In this document: positions 10,588-23,800 of the stretch, in pieces
Position numbering within the stretch: position 1 is the first letter of the stretch
Layout: each line of letters starts with the position of its first letter
From: Haplodiscus bocki
Lineage: Eukaryota
Reading direction: 5' to 3'
DNA: 64,000 nucleotides
NCBI GenBank assembly: GCA_965655095.1
Contig: OZ296648.1
Location: 190,216,001 to 190,280,000 of the forward strand
Position numbers and translations under genes: made by a program
The notes under the pieces: generated by a model
The model's database searches: none
What the model was told of the DNA's origin: nothing
What the model saw: the letters and a program-made list of their open reading frames with translations, nothing else

Positions 10588-12400
10588 GTAGTAGTAGTAG
10601 TAGTAGTAGTAGACTTAATTACACTGAGTGCACTACAATTTGCAATCAAAGAAAGAAGTACATAATGGATGTTTACAAAAATGATCAAAAAATTCTCAAT
10701 TAACTTCAGTTTTAAATTGAATGGGGTTTGTAGTTATATCCATCGACGTCTTTTCTTGAATAAATTTGCATATTTGCTCGCTCGGAAGAAGAAATTTTGT
10801 TCACTCTTCTTTTTATTTGTATATGGAATATCAAATGTAATCAAATCGTTACGCCGCAGAGAATATATAGAAGGTAAATTAGCTGTAATATAGTCACTGA
10901 CAGGAAAGTCGAAGCCACAATTAATTAATTTGTTGAACATTACAACATCCTTGAGTTCTATGGCATGTTTAATAGGAAGCACTTTCATTATCAAGAAGCG
11001 ATTTTGGTAACCAGATGCAGAAACAGCATACCAGCGAGAAACGCGTTTTTGGAATCTTCCGAGTTTATCGAAATCGGTTTTTGACGGATACCAAGTTTCT
11101 GAGGCATAAAGAAGTACTGGTAAAATGAAAGTCTCACATAATTTTGATTTTAAGGAAATCTTAAGGTGACCTGGAAGATTAAGCTTCAGCTGATGAAAGG
11201 TTTTGCAACAGGTTTTTAACTTCTCTGTGACGTGATGAGACCAAGTGAGCTTGCAGGAAACATAAATTCCTAGATCTTTAACAAATTCAGATGAATTAAT
11301 TTCTCTTTCGTTAAAAAGTAGAGGTGAGTGTGGTTCTTTTCCAATAACCAAAAACTGAGTCTTAGCAGCATTAAATTGCATGAAATTTATTTTCCACCAC
11401 TCAATACAAGCTTTCAAATCAGATTGTAAGCTCGGCATGGAAGTACATATCATTTTACTGTCGTAAGCATACAAGAAAAATAACGACGTGTTACATACAT
11501 CTGGAAGATCGTTAATGAAGATCACAAATAATAGAGGCCATAATATAGAACTCTGCGGCACACCGCTTGCAACTGAAGCATATTCACTGTAAACATCACC
11601 AATTTTAACACATTGATGGCGGTCAGATAGGGAAGAAGAGAAGAGTTTTAATAGTCCACCACCAATACCAAACTTCCTCAATTTATCAAGCAAAATAGAA
11701 TGAAGGAATCTTGTCAGAATTGTACACCTTACTTTTCAATGCTTGTGAAAAACAAATCCTTTTATCCCATACGTTTTTGAAGGTAACTAGGATAGGGCGC
11801 GATTTGTCTTAGTCATATTTACCAAGGCGACGACACTCCGATATTTCGACCGAACTGCCAGTTTTTGTCAAAATGCTCTCAACATCTTTCTTTTCTTTCA
11901 ATTTCTTCTCATTGAGGAACTTGATGTCATTTTCTGGCATTCCAACAAACTTTAGCTGGAGTTCATGTTCATCGGTTTTCAAATTCAAATCATGTTTTGG
12001 TGCATTTACATGTACCGGTGCAGGGGAAACAAAGGAGCAAGACTGATTGGAAGCTGAGTCAAACTTTTCGGCTAAATTTTCAGTTGTTGCCTGAAGATCG
12101 TCAATTTTTTCATCAATCTTGGATAGCGAAGAAGAGAATGGTTGGGCTTCACAAAGGTGAACTACAGTATCTTTAAGAAGGCATAATAACCAATATTTTG
12201 TAAGTTTTTCGGTTAGAGCCTTGAATCGCTCGCAATCACTAACAGACTTCACCAACTCATCAACCGTAGTGTAATAACCTTTGCCCCCGGGAAGGTAGCT
12301 GGAAGAAGAATTTGCACGAGGTCGGTCTTCAGAGATTAATTAATCTTGTTGATCTCTGATGTGAAAGTAAATCCTTCACACGTAGAGTAAAGCGTAGATC
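10588..12400 (-). mobile_element. Internally deleted CR1/L2-like LINE (ORF1 joined to the RT C-terminal half), (CTA)n tail
   Basis: ORF1-like 11809-12255 (coiled coil, LKFVGMPE, CRRLGKY..RPILV). RT half 10734-11693 (SGVPQSSILWP, YAYD for YADD, KDLGI). (GTA)n at 10588-10612. Confidence 0.85.
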
Positions 12401-13162
12401 CTTCAGTAAGAGAGTTCCAACTTTGCGCCAGCCACCCAGAACAAGCGTTCACCAAACTGCTTATAAGATCAGGTAAATCATAAACATCACTGAAACTTTA
12501 ATAAGTTTATCACAACAATTAGGCTAATTAGGTGTAATTGCTGTTAATAATCATTGTCTATTCATTTTTCCACCCAGGCTCCATTTGGGTTTATTTTAGT
12601 GTTTATTCTTATAAATAAAATCTTATAAAATAATCTTATAAAATAATCTTATAAAATAAAATAAGTTTTTATAAAATCTTTTATAAATGAAATACAACTA
12701 CTACTATTGACATTACATTATTTCCCATACTTGGATTTGAAGTTACCTTTTTTCGACGTTTTTAGTATCGACATGTTTCTGAAGCGATGAATGGTCACCG
12801 TTTCGTTAGAGTATTGTTCGCGTTGTAAACGTTTCGTACGCCCCACGCATAATGACTATAATCTTCAAGAATCGAGCATGCTTAGGATGGATGAGGACAA
12901 TCATCGGCTGAATTTTTCTTAGCAAATTGATGCCTTTCGCTTTTAGGAGGTGATAATGTTGAAGCACGTTTTTCCATCTCTACTCTATGATATTAATTGT
13001 TTTGAACGGTCCTTTTTTCCGTATTTAAGATTTCTATATAAGCCTGTTCTACAGCTTCAAAAATTGACGGTATAATTACCACATATGTTATGTTATTACA
13101 AATAATTGCTGTTGGGAATTTATTAACTCGAAACGAATACTTTCCTGCCACGTTGCCGTTAT

Positions 13163-13888
13163 TATTTGCTGAAGCTGTAGCGTTATGTATTTACGCACTG
13201 TTAAAGTTACACCTTAGCCTTCAAGTGTTCTGTGTAAACCTTTATCATTTCCTGTTTTGAATGTAGTGCCATGCATTGGTATTTTTATCTGGAAAAAGTA
13301 TAAGAGTTACCATTGCTATTTTCAGTGGCAGCTCAAATTTAAATTGCTTCAACGCTGTTCAAACGTGTAAATATTTAAGCCACCGTGATTTTGACTCAAC
13401 ACGATGCTTCTGTACTGCTGTGGAAGTATTCTGCTTGTAAGTTTCGTTTTTGTCTTTACTGTTTACTTAATATTCATCGAACTCTCCTGTCAGGATTTTT
13501 GCGAACTGATCTGGAGTGCGCCCTGTCAGAAATTGACCAGTCCAAAAAACACTTTTGAGCGCGTAAGATCGAAATTCTCCGGAAGTGCTCAAAGTTCATT
13601 TTATTTTAGTAGCACAATGAATCTTTTTCGTACAATGGCGACGAGTACTTTTGTTGTTGTTTTCCCCGCTTGTTTAATATATGGGAGGCAAATCATTCGC
13701 TCACCATTCAGGTCTTTTTGCATAAAATTTGCCAATTGCGCAATCGTCTTGTGCACGATGACCGAGTGTATTGTTGCTATTATTATTTGCTGAAGGTGTA
13801 GCGTTATATGTATTTACGCACTGTTAAAGTTAAACCTTAGCCTTCAAGTGTTCTGTGTAAACCTTTATCATTTCCTGTTTTGAATGTA
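13163..13888 (+). repeat. ~100-bp direct repeat pair (13163-13264 and 13783-13888)
   Basis: Near-identical ttatttgctgaag..gtagcgtta...ccttcaagtgttctgtgtaaacctttatcatttcctgttttgaatgta in both copies. Confidence 0.85.
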
Positions 13889-14149
13889 TTACAATCAAAT
13901 AACATAAATAACATGATACAATCGAATTCTCCATTTTTGATTGGGCGGGACAAATTGGGCGCTCGGAAATATCAGCCTATAGAAATCGAGTATTCGAATC
14001 TTAATATCGACGCTTGGTGGCGACTGGATGACTTGGAGGTTAGTTTATGCAGTAGTACTTGTGCTACCCAGTGCAAAAGTGGTGAGTTCGACTCCCAGGA
14101 AGAAAAAAATCGATAATTTTACATTGGGAAAAAATGTCCTAGAGGTAGT

Positions 14150-15100
14150 CAGGGGTCTTGTTGATAAATCGATGACTTTCTTTCGAAAGAAATTGTCAAA
14201 CAAGAGGTGCAGTCGCACTGAGCTCTTTTCCGCCGAAAGGGTTTAGAATTGATTGATCGAACGTACAGTACAACAAATGATTTTCTCAAAATTTTTAGCT
14301 AAATGGAAAGTTGTTGAGACCTTGTTGAACGAATTCAAACCGAGAGCTTTGGAAAATATGTGTTTGAATATTGACAAATTAACAAGTCCGGGACCCGTCT
14401 ACATACAGATAGAAATCAGTTAATGCCTTAATGGAAGAAATCAAGCCAATTGTTACGAGAAATATGATTTTGAATATTGGGATTCATTGAAATTTTTCCT
14501 TTTTGGACTATCAGAATTCGCTCGCAATGATCAAAATGCATAACTGTTCTATTGAATGGCCCTCCACAAGTAGACAGCTGTCGATTGAGCCCTTGATGGA
14601 AAAATTCAAGCTTGTAGTTTCGGAGAACTAGGAGTTCGAAAACCGAGATCTGTAATTTTTGATGGCATTTTTGGCATTTTCGGTCTGCCAAGATCCGGAC
14701 GCGAAAAAAATTAAGATTCTTTTGAAAAGCCATCCCCAAGTAAATAGTTGTTGATCGAGAATTTTCCAGGCGAAGTGAAGCAGGTAGTGCTGAAGAAATA
14801 TGACTTTGAATGTGGAGACATGTCAATATTATCAGCACGTTTTCTGCATTTTCCGAGTACTAGGAGTGCGACAGAAACGGAAATCCGATAAAATTTCATT
14901 GTGATGGTCCTCCAGAAGTAGAAAGCTGATGGTTGACACTTTGATGGAAGAAGACCCACTAATTGAAAAAAATACGAATTAAAATACTGAGTTGTCAAAA
15001 CTAGTAGCACTTTTTGCAGTTGTTGCTCTCGGGATACCGACGGAACGAAGAACATTGAATATTTTTCTGTTAAACAATCCTCAAGTAGAGAGCTGCCGAC
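14150..15100 (+). repeat. Diverged ~175-bp tandem-unit family, related to 55150-57150
   Basis: Shares caagaggtgcagtcgcactg with ~55197. Anchors ttgatgga(a/g)gaa.tcaagc occur at ~14322, 14428, 14593 and 14941. Confidence 0.65.
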
Positions 15101-18100
15101 TGCATCCTGGATGCAGAAGTCAAGTAAATAATTTTAGTTAATTATGAGTTTGAAATCCCATATCTGTAATTGTTTATAGCATTCTTGGCATTTTCGACCT
15201 CTCGGGATTGGGACGCAAGGAAAAAATTGATTTTGAAATTGAAAAACGTCCAAGGAATTTATATATTTTTAGTTTTTCGAATTTTTCTTCTATTCTTCGG
15301 ACTGTGTAACATTGCATGTTATGTTGCAACTGAAGCAGGAAAGACCTATCTGAGGAATGTGCCCATCAAAACTGTTGGGAAATATGAACAAAACTTAAAC
15401 TTTGCACTTTCGGGAGTCTAACCGGCGCTATATTTAAGATAAACTACTCCCGCTTATCATTAGTTCAAACATTAATTTCATAAATAATCTATACTCTTTA
15501 ATATCTGACACAACCAGAGTTGAACGCTCTAGCGGAAAGTTGACTTGTTAGACTAACCAAATCTCTCTTCTTTGACGAGCTGTTGAGTTGAAACTTGTAG
15601 CAAGACCAATCCATCAGAAACATATTCTACCTCAAAGCTCAGAAGGAAGTTAAAAAACGCTCTGGCATAAAAGAAACAAACTAGAAGTAGATGTTACATA
15701 CATTAGAGACGGTGAGCGAAATACTTTTTCGGCTGTGTTGTCAAAACTGCTTTCCGGAGGAACATCTTGAGCGAACTATTTTTTGAATATTTCGCAGTTG
15801 ACGCAGCCATAATTGCAGAAAGAAGTCTACGTAGCGAGGGAATGATTTTGCTCTCGTATTATATATTGTTTCGGAAAATAAAAACTCAAAAGAAGTTATC
15901 GGATCAGTTCTTGCAATAAGAAAGCATACACTATTTTTTTTAAAAATCGCTTTCGAACATTGCTACTTGAATATTTAATTGAAATCTTTAATCATCGGGC
16001 AATGAACATATCATCTTTAATTGAAGTTTTGAAAGAATTTTTTCTGACTGGTTTTTGCTGCCTTGTAGTTCGTACTTAACCTGAAACAGATGTCTTCTGT
16101 ACTTCATTTCGACACTCCCCTACCTGGGGAACCTTTCCAGGTTTTTTTGCTAGGAACAAAAGTTACAAATTTTAGAGACGTTGTATTTTGACAATATGCC
16201 AATTCCAAATTCCACATTTCAATGGAATCCAAGGGGCTGACTTCAGCAAAGCGTATCTAATCTAGGCGACCATAAGTTTAAAATGATACGATTTGGTTAC
16301 GTCATATGCTCTTTTGTTATGCAATGGGAAAGCGAATTGTTGAATTCGTTTGAAAACAAAAACTTCTGAAAATAAATCGATGTCATTCACTGGCTAGCTA
16401 ACTCATACATCTGTTTGGCTATTCAAGAGGATATCGCGTAAAGGTTTAATTTCAGCTGTACAATTGCTTTTTTACTCAGTTTTCAGTCGATTGTACACTC
16501 TTGTTGAGTTATATAAAGTTTTGTCAATTCTGCCATCAGAAAGTTGGTTAGCATTATTGATGTGAGACTTTTTTGCCAACGTTAGCCTTTGGAATGGAAA
16601 AAAACATGTGTTTGACTATTACGATCAATTGTGTGACATTTCAAATTGAGTGTTAGAAAGAAGTTCTTTGTAGTTTGGATTCGAAGTGTTTTCCGTTTTA
16701 TGGAATAGTTTTCACAAATATTATCACTTATTTATTCGCCGAATTATTTTGACTCTGCCATTTTGGTGAGCTGAATCATCAATTTCTTCAAAATTGGTTA
16801 GTTTGTGACACAATCCAATGCCTATATTTTCGAATTGTAAATGTGTTGGTTCACTTTTTTGTTGGAATGCTCCGATTTGAAAAGAAAGCGTCTCTTATTT
16901 TCGGTGTCAATTTCTTGCGATTAAATTCCATGCAGAGTTTTCTCAATTAGCCTAATTGAAAAATTTCGAGCTCGCTTCATTATTGAATCTTGCACTTCCG
17001 GTCAAAATTATCATTTTTGAACATTAGGCTTGTTTCAACTTTTTCGCGTCTTCGCGCCTCTTCTTGCACATTTTCGCAAATGAATTCGTGAGTGGTCGGT
17101 TGAGCGATAAAGGGAAGCGGTAACTTCTACTTAGTTACTTTCTTTCATTTATGTTCACTTTTTTTCGCTCCGAAACAAATCAAAATGATAAAAGTAAATG
17201 AGGTGAAAGAAATGGTTTGCTTCATTTATCGGTATAGACATCACTTTTCACTCTTCGTTTTTTAGTACATTTGGAATCAATAAGCTGGCAAACCGCCAGC
17301 TTATTACGGTCGATGCGCGTTTTTATCGTCATGATGAAAACTCGCACAAAATGAGTTGGATGAACTTCCCTTTCAACTAACGAATCAGGTGCCTTTTGGT
17401 CTAGTGATTAATAAAGATGACCATGTGGTTACCACGACCACCCAGGTTCAAATCCCATCTGGCTTATTTTACTTGCGCGCGCAAGTGTTATAACACAGGC
17501 CAAAATTTCTTCAATCCTTTCACAGCTGACACAAGTTCCTCGATTTTGACCAAAGAGGAGGGATTGTCCTAGGCCGGAACCTGAGACCATTGGCTCCCGG
17601 TCGCATGCTCTATTGACAGCGCCATTTTCGCTTAAGAATCAATGCCTTGATTCAAAATATCAAGCGATTGATCTGTTATAGCGTTTCATACTTGTGTATA
17701 AATGTAAAAGAGTTAACTGAATTTTTGTACATTTGGTATCAGTAATGGATTTTGCGCACTTTTGACCTCCATATTAACATTAAAAACTGGGCCAAACTAG
17801 TACAATACGGAAACATAAGTATGACCCAATTAAACTGGAATTTCCAGAACTGGTCGTGATTGAGGTTTTCCAGTGGTTTACGGCAAACGATAAAAAGCAA
17901 GTTTTTGGTTGCTTGCGGATTTTACGGATGACTGCCTTCCGTGTCATTTTTCTAGTTACTAGGCTGAAGTAATACAATAGTGAAGCCTGAACAACTATAC
18001 TTTACAGAAGCTCAACTAATGCAAATCCGGGCTTTTGCAATAGGCAATTCCGAATTTGTACAATACTGAGGGTATTCAGTGGTTTTAGGGCGAAGTAAAA

Positions 18101-19791
18101 ATAGATTTTTTGGATGTTTGCACAATTTTTCGTTCTTTTCCCATGGAAATCTGCTGATGGTGCTTCGAGTGCAGAAAACATTGTATGTTTGGACATTTGA
18201 TTGCGAGTTTCCACAAAGTGTTATAAAGTGCAAGAGAAAAGTCGTTTCGCCATCTTCGCAATGGATGCTCTTCCAAACAACTTCGTGACTACACATCCAG
18301 CCTACTTGTATACAAAGTGTTGTTATATGAAAAGTTGCTCAATTTTTCGAGAATTTTTTAACTGGTGCATTCGCGGCTTCAGAGCCCGCCTAAAATTACC
18401 TAAACTGGTAATTTTTCATTGAAATTCAGTTCTTTTGCACTCAAGTTCAGGGGTGCTACAATTGCATCAGATAAGAACGGAAGTGCATGATCTCTGAGCA
18501 GGCTCTTCACCTTTTATTCTTGTACAACAATCTTCTTTCTGAGCCAAGATTAAGCCCCTTCTTGGCGTATTTGGCTACTTATGTTTCCTTTGGTTTTCGA
18601 GGATTGACCGAAACCTCATATGTGAAAATGTCGAATTTCCTCGAAATGTCGCAGTCTTCCAATCAAACGACTTTGCAATTTTCGTAAAAATATCGGAATT
18701 GACGTTTCCGGGGCAGTCTGTCAATTTCGGAGGTATAAATTCGCTTCGATGAGTTCGTAAAATTGCGCGTATTTTTCTAGTTTTGTTTCCGGTACTCATC
18801 GGTATTGCTGGTCCGAATCTTCTTGGACTTTCTTTTGCCAGGTAGCCGAAGTTGCGCATCGACTCTGTGTTATTTTCGTGACTAGCAAGTGGTAAGGAAT
18901 AAGATCGTGAACATTTTTTCCGGGCCGTTCAAACCTCATATCGGCTGTTCATCTGTTCTCTAATACGATACTGGAAATTTGAGAATTCACTTAGTTTGCT
19001 TTTTCACGCGCTGTGGAAGCACGTCATTTGAAACAAAAAAAAAACAATAATTAGTGAACTGTTATGCTGAGTTATTTTTATACCTTCACCGATTGTGTCG
19101 ACTAATTACTGAATTTCGATTCTAACGCCCTTCTTGATTGTTATCATAGACAGTTGTCCACCAGAATGAATTCTTCTACTGTTCATTCAATTTCGCATCT
19201 TATTCTTTCCACGCAAAATATAGTTGCGTTTTGATATTTGAATTTTTTACTTTCCTCTTTTTACCAAGTTGTTATTCTGGAAGACTACCGGTTGGTTTGC
19301 AGCCATCAAGTGCTAATTCAAAAGCCATCAAAGTGGTTTACCTGTTGAGAGGCCGCGATGTGTCTTTTGGTACATTCCACTCGAACTTTCTTGACTTGAT
19401 GCTGGAAAGGCGGAAGTTTTTTTTCGCGTCGTTTTCAAACTTGTATTCTTTGGAGGTATCGATTTTCTTGCGATCTTTCAATGCACTATTTGGATACTGA
19501 TGAATAAGGTTTGCTGCTGAAAACTGTCTCTTCTATGTGGTGTTCAATGCAACCAATTTTTCTGTAATTTAAGCGATCTTGAAAACTTCAAGAGAGTCAG
19601 TTGAACTGTTTTGATCGGCTGGCAAGTAGTCGATACCCTTCCTGACTTTTGCCGCACGTGTTTTCGGAGGGCAGCTTCACCTCTGTGTTCAAATAGCCGT
19701 TGCGTGTGAGAATGAGTTGTGATTGCAAAAATATTGAGGTTGTGTTCTGTTGGTATGTGAAGCTGAATGATAATTCTTGATGCCGGGACAA

Positions 19792-19883
19792 TTAGTGTAA
19801 TTATAGCACGTCTTGAAAGACGTGGGATCGATTCCTGTTAGTGTAATTATAGCACGTCTTGAAAAACGTGGGATCGATTCCTG
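19792..19883 (+). repeat. 46-bp tandem duplication of a tRNA-derived-looking unit
   Basis: ttagtgtaattatagcacgtcttgaaa(g/a)acgtgggatcgattcctg occurs twice, with A-box-like and B-box-like ends and an internal hairpin cacgtct..agacgtg. Confidence 0.75.
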
Positions 19884-22800
19884 CTTTGTCTGTTTTTCAC
19901 ATTGAAATCCTGCTTCGACAGTAAAATTTGTTCCGCTTCACTTGATGGCTGTTGACATCACTATTCAGTCTTCGTTGGCAAGTATATAGTGATTGTTTCG
20001 AATGTTTTCAAATCTGTCAATTGAGTTTGCAGAATATTTTCCGCCTTTCACACATTCTGAGTGAAATTAGGAATGTGTAATGTAACCGGCTTATGCTTAC
20101 AATTGTTGAGAGGTGATCGAGTGAAACGGGTAAGGCCTCTATTGTTTACTTTTTTGTCAGTTTTTAGACAGAGCGAGCGGAGCGAGTGAGTCCCTTATTA
20201 TTCTCATTTTCTGTCGTATTTTGTTTTTGTCAATTTTTAGGCCTAAAATGAACTAAACTTTACGAAGTAGTCGAGATCGTTACAAAGGTGTGTTGTTGCT
20301 AGTTTAAACGTTTTAGCTAGTGTAAATTGAAGAAAATTTCATAATTTTGTGATTTTTCGACGTGTTTTCGCTACCAAAAGTTTAAGCCTTTTGCTGGAGA
20401 AAGCTACAGTTTTTGTTCTTCAGGTTACGATTGTAGCTGAAGTTTCCGCTTATGAGAAGCTTTGCTCCGTTTCCTGGCGAATCCTTGTTTTAGCTACCTG
20501 TCCAGCATAAATCTATACCAACTCAGCTAAAATTTGAAATTGTTCTAGCAGATGACGTTTTTAGTCGCTCGTATTTTAACAGTGCCCAATTATAATTTGC
20601 TTTTGTTTTCTGTTTCGTGTTTACCTCTGAAATGGACAAATTTCTGAAAAAATTCTAGTTTAGCATTGGGACCTTAGGCCTTCGGAGTTTAACAATGCAA
20701 CATTCCGGAGGCCAAAAAATCCCTGTTTATTTTTCGAAACCAAGTACCGAAAAAGTTCGTAATACTTCCTAGCCTATATTGAGCCGTGCGGGCCGCGTCG
20801 AGCTCGGCCGTTCCCGTCTTGTTTTTTTGAAGTAAAACAAAAGCCGCTAATTTCGTCCTGCATATTTTTCGAACCTTTCCTGTCCTTATCAACTCTCTAG
20901 CGCCTGGCCCAAACTAATGCAATACTGAATCACTCGTTTAACAAATTACAACCGAATTTCAGTGATTGGTTTTATGAGGTTTCTCATTGTTCAAAGTGGT
21001 GTTTTTGATTCTGTGAAGTAAGGTCCAACTTAGTTCTTCTTGCAATTTTTCGGGAAGTTTTTCATTTTCGCGTTTCATATCATCCTTTCAGCTACCAATG
21101 CCAACTGATACGACATAAAAGCACAATTTAAGCCTAACTTAGCTCCTTTCTTGAATATTAGTATCAGTTTTTTCTGTTTTTTTAAACTATAAGAAAGATA
21201 GCTAAAATTTAATGATTTCGGATTTCTAGTTCCATGTTCTAGCTACAGTTGCCCCAAAAAATATTGGAAGAGTCATCTTTTGCAAACTACCGTGAAAACA
21301 GTTTTTTTATTAGAAAAAGGTCGTTTTTGTTCTAGAGTCGGCAAATATAGCGACTTTCCTGCCTTCCAATTCAACTTTTCAGCTGCAACTGCTTCTAATA
21401 CGCTGAAAACGCATAGGCTGCTACTCTGAAGAGGTTCTTCGAGCTGCATTTTTGACAGAGGTTGACTTCAGATTTTTTCAGCCAGGAGTGAGCCTCCTCG
21501 TGCCCTGGGCGTTTGTTTTTTTTCCCGCAACATACTTGAACTGAGTAAACTTACGTTCCGCCTATTTCAAAAGTTCCGACCAATTTGAGCATTTCTAATT
21601 TTTTAGTCTTTTCACTAATTTCACCATTTAATGTGAGAAATAATTTAAATCAATCGACAAACATTTTCTGCAAACTTTGACCCAATTTCGTGAGGCTAAA
21701 GCTGGGCAAAATTGCTAACTTGATTTATATGAACGTTTTTTTTTGCCTACCAAAACAACTCTTAGAGCAATAGTTACTCACTAAGTCTTTTCAATTAAAA
21801 AATGCATCCTGTTGTTGCGAAAAACTCAAGTTTTTGAGTTTTCAAATAGAAACCGGTAGTCTAACGATTTGCTCGAATCTCGAGATTTTCATAAAATTCT
21901 TCCTACCCCAGAAATCTTCCTTAATTTACTGACGTTAGGACAAACGTTTAGTTTCTGAAAATACTCACGTTTTAGTGATGTAAATCACACTTTCTATTTT
22001 TTGATTTACGGAAAGACCTGTTTTTTCAGCATTTCTAATTTTTTGTTTATGCAACCAGAACTTTTGTTTCCTATGCTACCCAACAATGGATACGGAGAAT
22101 GGCTCATTTTTAAGTCTTCTTCAGATGCTTGAAAATGTTCCCGAAGAAAGGTTGTTCTTAGTGTTTTACAGTTGGCCAGTAGCTAATTCCGCCATTTTCC
22201 CATAATTGTTGGACTTTTGACTCCTGAATCAACTTCCTAGCTACTAGTCCAAGCTAATACCAATCAGAAGCACTCAGATCAAAATTTTCTTATATCGAGA
22301 TCTGACAGTCGTTCAGTCGGAGTTTTTGATTCTTCAAAGTAAGTCAGACATAACTTTCCTGGTTTTCCCGAAGTTTTCGCTCTTGCCTTCAAAGTCAACC
22401 TTTTAGATACTACTGCTAGATAACACTGTGGTGGAGCAGAAAGCTTAATACAGTACAAATGCTCAAAATCTACTGTTTTTCCCAGTTTTTCTTAGGTTGA
22501 TAGTTAAGGGAGGATTGTTCGCTTTTGCCCTCAAACTTTTTTCTGGTAAGAATTGCAATAAACACTCTTAAACAGGACGTTTTTTGGGTAATTTTAATGG
22601 AAGCTAGGGATTCTACGAGAAATCAATTTCGTTTTGGTCGGCTGATTTTCGGTTATTGTCAAATCTTTTTGCCCCTTCGACATTCAAAACCAATATTTTG
22701 ACCACGAATCCAGCTGAAATATATGCGATATGAATATTTTCAAGAATTTCAATTATTTGAAAGTTTTGCCTCAAATGGTACTCCTCATGGTTTGAAATCA

Positions 22801-22899
22801 GGCGTAAAACAGAAGAAAATGACAGTTTTCCAGAAATTTTTGATCTCTTGCTTTCCAAATCAGCATTCGGCCACAATCTGATATTTTGTGTGTCGTCGT

Positions 22900-23800
22900 C
22901 TCATTTCCAACTTTTGGATTGCTAGCCATTGTGCTGTCGAAGGGTCGAGCTTCCTTATATCTCCTTTCCACGGGGCGGTTTTAATATTTTGCCAGGGGCC
23001 AATAAACGTTCTGTCTGTGGAGCTTCACCACTGGCTTACCTTGTGTCATTAATACAGCCCCACTTCTCGACGCAGCTTTTGGAAGGGCCATATCCCATGC
23101 GCGGCCTGTTAAGTTGACACCAGGCCCCTCTGGACACGTGGGCTTCTAAGGGGAGATTGACAATGAGGCTATCACCTGCAGTAACTTCGTCTGCAGGCTT
23201 TTTCGACATTCTGTATCTTAAGCAGCAGTGAGATCCACAAGGATAAGTCCAGCTTTTTCTTGTTGTTGGAAGGCTTTCTCGATTTTGCCAGTTGGGAAAC
23301 CAACCTACAGTAAATCTTCCGCGGCTCCCCGTTTCCAGTCGGCCTTGCGCAACTTTCATCGTTTTGCCATAGTTGCTGGGTTACCGGCCAAAAGGTTTGG
23401 ACTCGAAATACTGGATGGGCGATGCTGTGACTTGGGGTACGGATCAAAAGCGCTACTGGTGTCTTCAAGATTGGTAAAAACTCGATCAGGGTCGGCCTTG
23501 GTGCACCATCTTCCAAATCTGAACGACTTTGGCTCCTTCAAATCGTAAGGGAGTTCCAGCCCCATGTTGTAGACCCAATCTGCTGAAGTATTTCGATTTC
23601 TGTCCGTTTCTTGGTATCCATCCCCTTTCAATTCTATGACAGTTGGAATCACCAGTGAATGTACATCTTTGGGTAATGAGACGGAGTTTGTTAATTAGAA
23701 TAAGTGACTGTGGGGGTTTACTACGAGAACTCCATTGATTTCTTGGAAGTCCATTCTGGGGCCTTGGATGAGTTTTCACCGCACTTCTCGTAAAGAATAT
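22900..23800 (-). mobile_element. Internally deleted Ingi/I-group-like LINE remnant
   Basis: Read across frames: APE GDSNCH..GYQETD, YDLKEPKSFRFGRW...PD, PKSQHRP, RKADW; RT IEKAFQQ.EKAGLILVDLTAA*D; C-terminal W.QLNR.R.G.G.....KWG. Confidence 0.7.

Noticed and set aside
12610-12690. AATCTTATAAAAT x3, a poly-C run at ~27088-27102 and a 21-22-bp duplication at ~52450-52492
   Set aside because: Ordinary slippage or low-complexity repeats.
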